64,000 bases of DNA from assembly GCA_013359345.1 (NCBI GenBank), contig JABWCA010000002.1, positions 740 through 64,739 of the forward strand, written 5' to 3'. Position 1 is the first letter of the stretch, and every line of letters starts with the position of its first letter. Positions 61,854 through 64,000 of this stretch are shown in pieces. A program made the position numbers and the translations under genes. Source of the stretch: Ignavibacteriaceae bacterium (lineage in GTDB: Bacteria > Bacteroidota > Ignavibacteria > Ignavibacteriales > Ignavibacteriaceae). The notes beneath the pieces are model-generated. The model made no database searches and was not told the origin of the DNA. It saw nothing but the letters and a program-made list of their open reading frames with translations.

Positions 61854-64000
61854 TATCCTGTATTCCTTATACCGGCAGAAATACCGTTAACTGTTGAGCG
61901 GAGCAGGGTAAGAATCTGTTCATCCTTCTTTTCGGGGTTGCTGCGGTATTCACGTATAAATCTGAGCTGGATGAAGCTGATGGGATCAAGATAAGGATTC
62001 CGTAGTAAAATGGTTCTCTGAAGAGCTTTATCGCTGTCAAGCAGGTACTTGTGACCGGTGATTTTAAGAACGGCGCTCACAGTTAAAAGGTACTCTTCCT
62101 TTATACCGGAAAAAATCCTGGCTGAGCCGGGTGAACTGCACAGAGCCGCATACTCCTCGCCGATTATGAGGTTGGTTTTTATAAGAATCATCTCAAGATT
62201 ATCGGTAAGAACCTTGAAAAATTTCCAGCTCCTGTAAATTTCCTTCAGCTTTTCCCAGGTGGTGATATTTTCATTTACCGCATTGTGAATTGCAGTACCG
62301 AAACCATACCAGCCGGAGATTGTCTGCATATTCTGATTCCACGAAAACACCCACGGAATTGCCCTCAGGTCTGAAATTTCCTTTGTTTTCTTTCTTGCGC
62401 TCGGCCGTGAGCCTATTTCAAGCTGTTCAATGATATCAATAGGAGTGGCTTCCCTGAAATAACCGATAAAATCATCATCTGTTACAAGAGAGCGGTATTT
62501 CTCAAAAGCTGACTGCGAAAGACCTGAGAAAAGTTTATAGTACTCTGCCGGTGCCCCTCCGGTTTTTCTGCTGAATCTGGAATTATAGGAGGCTGAAATA
62601 ACAGCCGAAGTAATCATTTCCAGGTTTGAGAGAGCAAGATCAGGCAGAAGATACTTTGATGAAATCATCTCTCCCTGTTCAGTGATCTTGATTTTGCCGT
62701 TAACCGTACCAACCGGCTTGGCGAGAATTGAATCATACACGGGTCCGCCGCCGCGTGAAATAGAGCCGCCCCGGCCATGAAAGATGATCATTTCGATCCC
62801 GGCTTTTTCAGAAACATCCCTCAGGTTCTTCTGTGCCTCAATAAGCTCAAAGTTTGAAGTGAGATACCCGCCGTCTTTGTTGCTGTCGGAGTAACCTATC
62901 ATTATTTTCTGAATATTACCCCTTGCGTTCAGCTGACTCCGGTAGAGAGGAGTGCTGTAAAGTTCATCCATTATATCATGGCACTCCCTGAGATCGGAGA
63001 TGGTTTCAAACAGAGGCAGTATATTGATGACAGAAGATGCAACCCCGTTTCCTTCAATTTTCACGAGTCCAGTTTCCTTGGCAATGAGCATGGCCGAAAG
63101 GACATCGCTCACACGGGAGCAGTTGCTTATGATATAATCTTTTCCCGCCCACACAGAGATTGTCTCATCCGCCCATTTAATGAGTGAAAACTCCTCCATT
63201 ATCTGCAAAGTTTTCTGGGAAAGAGATGAAAACTGATTAACCAGGGGTCTGGGGCTGCTTATCTCATTAAGAAGTATCCGGTTTTTCTCAAACTCCTCAA
63301 AAGAGGAAAACTTTCTGATTCCGCAGCTTTTATCCAGTATTTCCTCAACCGCAGCCCTTATTAACGCCGAGTTCTGCCTTATATCGAGTTTGGCAAAATA
63401 AAAACCGAAAGTTTTAACTTTATAAATCAGGGGCAGAACTATAGTTTCGGTAATCTCGCGACCCTTGTTTTCAAGCAGAGAGTCATAAATAATCTCAAGA
63501 TCATCAATAAGTTCATCTTCATTTTTATAAGCCGCGGGGTCATTTTTATCAATACCGTTGAGTTTGGAATATATAAAAAAGAGTTTGTGACGGTAAACTT
63601 CGCCGGGATCTGTAAACCGGGATGCTTCTGAAACATCAAGCAGTTTCTGGTCTCTGGCTATCGATTCCTTTAATGCGGGTGATGCGCTGGTCTGATGCAC
63701 TGAACTGCTGAGGTAGATATAAAGAGTATCGAGTTCAGCCTTATAAAGCCTGATTATCTGATCACGGTTCTGCAGAAGAGTCTCGCGCGTTATTTTCGGG
63801 GTAACAAACGGATGCCCGTCGCGGTCACCGCCTATCCATGACCCAAAACGAATAAGCACAGGGGATATCCCTTTTTTAAGGCCTGCTTCTTTAAGATGAT
63901 AATTTATTTTAGAGTAAAACCTGCCTATAACAGGATAAAGAACATCCTTGAAGAAAAACAATCCGCGCTGCACCTCATCCTGGATAGTGATTTTATGAAA
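61853..64000 (-). CDS. ppc: Phosphoenolpyruvate carboxylase, 5' end outside window
   Basis: FGSWIGGDRDG, LDIRQ, PLFET, MIGYSDSNKDGG, FHGRGGSISRGG, LRAIPWVFSW, C-terminal RNTG; frame stays open to 64000 (FHKITIQDEV). Confidence 0.97.
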   Translation of the reverse strand, partial: FHKITIQDEVQRGLFFFKDVLYPVIGRFYSKINYHLKEAGLKKGISPVLIRFGSWIGGDRDGHPFVTPKITRETLLQNRDQIIRLYKAELDTLYIYLSSSVHQTSASPALKESIARDQKLLDVSEASRFTDPGEVYRHKLFFIYSKLNGIDKNDPAAYKNEDELIDDLEIIYDSLLENKGREITETIVLPLIYKVKTFGFYFAKLDIRQNSALIRAAVEEILDKSCGIRKFSSFEEFEKNRILLNEISSPRPLVNQFSSLSQKTLQIMEEFSLIKWADETISVWAGKDYIISNCSRVSDVLSAMLIAKETGLVKIEGNGVASSVINILPLFETISDLRECHDIMDELYSTPLYRSQLNARGNIQKIMIGYSDSNKDGGYLTSNFELIEAQKNLRDVSEKAGIEMIIFHGRGGSISRGGGPVYDSILAKPVGTVNGKIKITEQGEMISSKYLLPDLALSNLEMITSAVISASYNSRFSRKTGGAPAEYYKLFSGLSQSAFEKYRSLVTDDDFIGYFREATPIDIIEQLEIGSRPSARKKTKEISDLRAIPWVFSWNQNMQTISGWYGFGTAIHNAVNENITTWEKLKEIYRSWKFFKVLTDNLEMILIKTNLIIGEEYAALCSSPGSARIFSGIKEEYLLTVSAVLKITGHKYLLDSDKALQRTILLRNPYLDPISFIQLRFIREYRSNPEKKDEQILTLLRSTVNGISAGIRNTG

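Overview
This is the replication-origin region of a bacterial chromosome, most likely Ignavibacteriota (FCB group). That call is inferred from two proteins with T9SS-type C-terminal 'LxQNYPNPFNP' sorting domains, a PorV-family gene, bTHX, moderate GC and retained Shine-Dalgarno sites. The core is dnaA-[oriC]-dnaN-recF-DUF721-gyrB-gyrA, with DnaA-box clusters on both sides of dnaA. Two parS sites lie about 32 kb away, between mnmE and mnmG. The rest is mostly housekeeping: pdxB, trhO, thx, class II photolyase, glgA, a HemY-like oxidase, a SAM-riboswitch-led metY-metX-AK/HSDH operon, hflX, mfd, murQ, rsmG, mnmG, mnmE, clpB, an AbgT-family transporter and ppc. No CRISPR array, rRNA, tRNA, transposase or integrase was recognised. 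The best leads are: (i) an RHH antitoxin plus a catalytically degenerate PIN protein with a perfect 16-bp operator, apparently heading the clpB transcript; (ii) a Wsp/ACF-like chemosensory cluster with intact CheB but no CheR; (iii) a dead vapBC cassette bracketed by a 35-bp duplication of the gyrA/glgA terminator; (iv) a minimal SAM-I/IV-type riboswitch followed by two terminators; (v) four Pho-box-like repeats in exact 11-bp phase between genes for predicted outer-membrane or exported proteins; and (vi) a ~400-bp CAGGA-rich heptamer array downstream of ppc. All functional interpretations are hypotheses from reading the sequence by eye; no searches were run.
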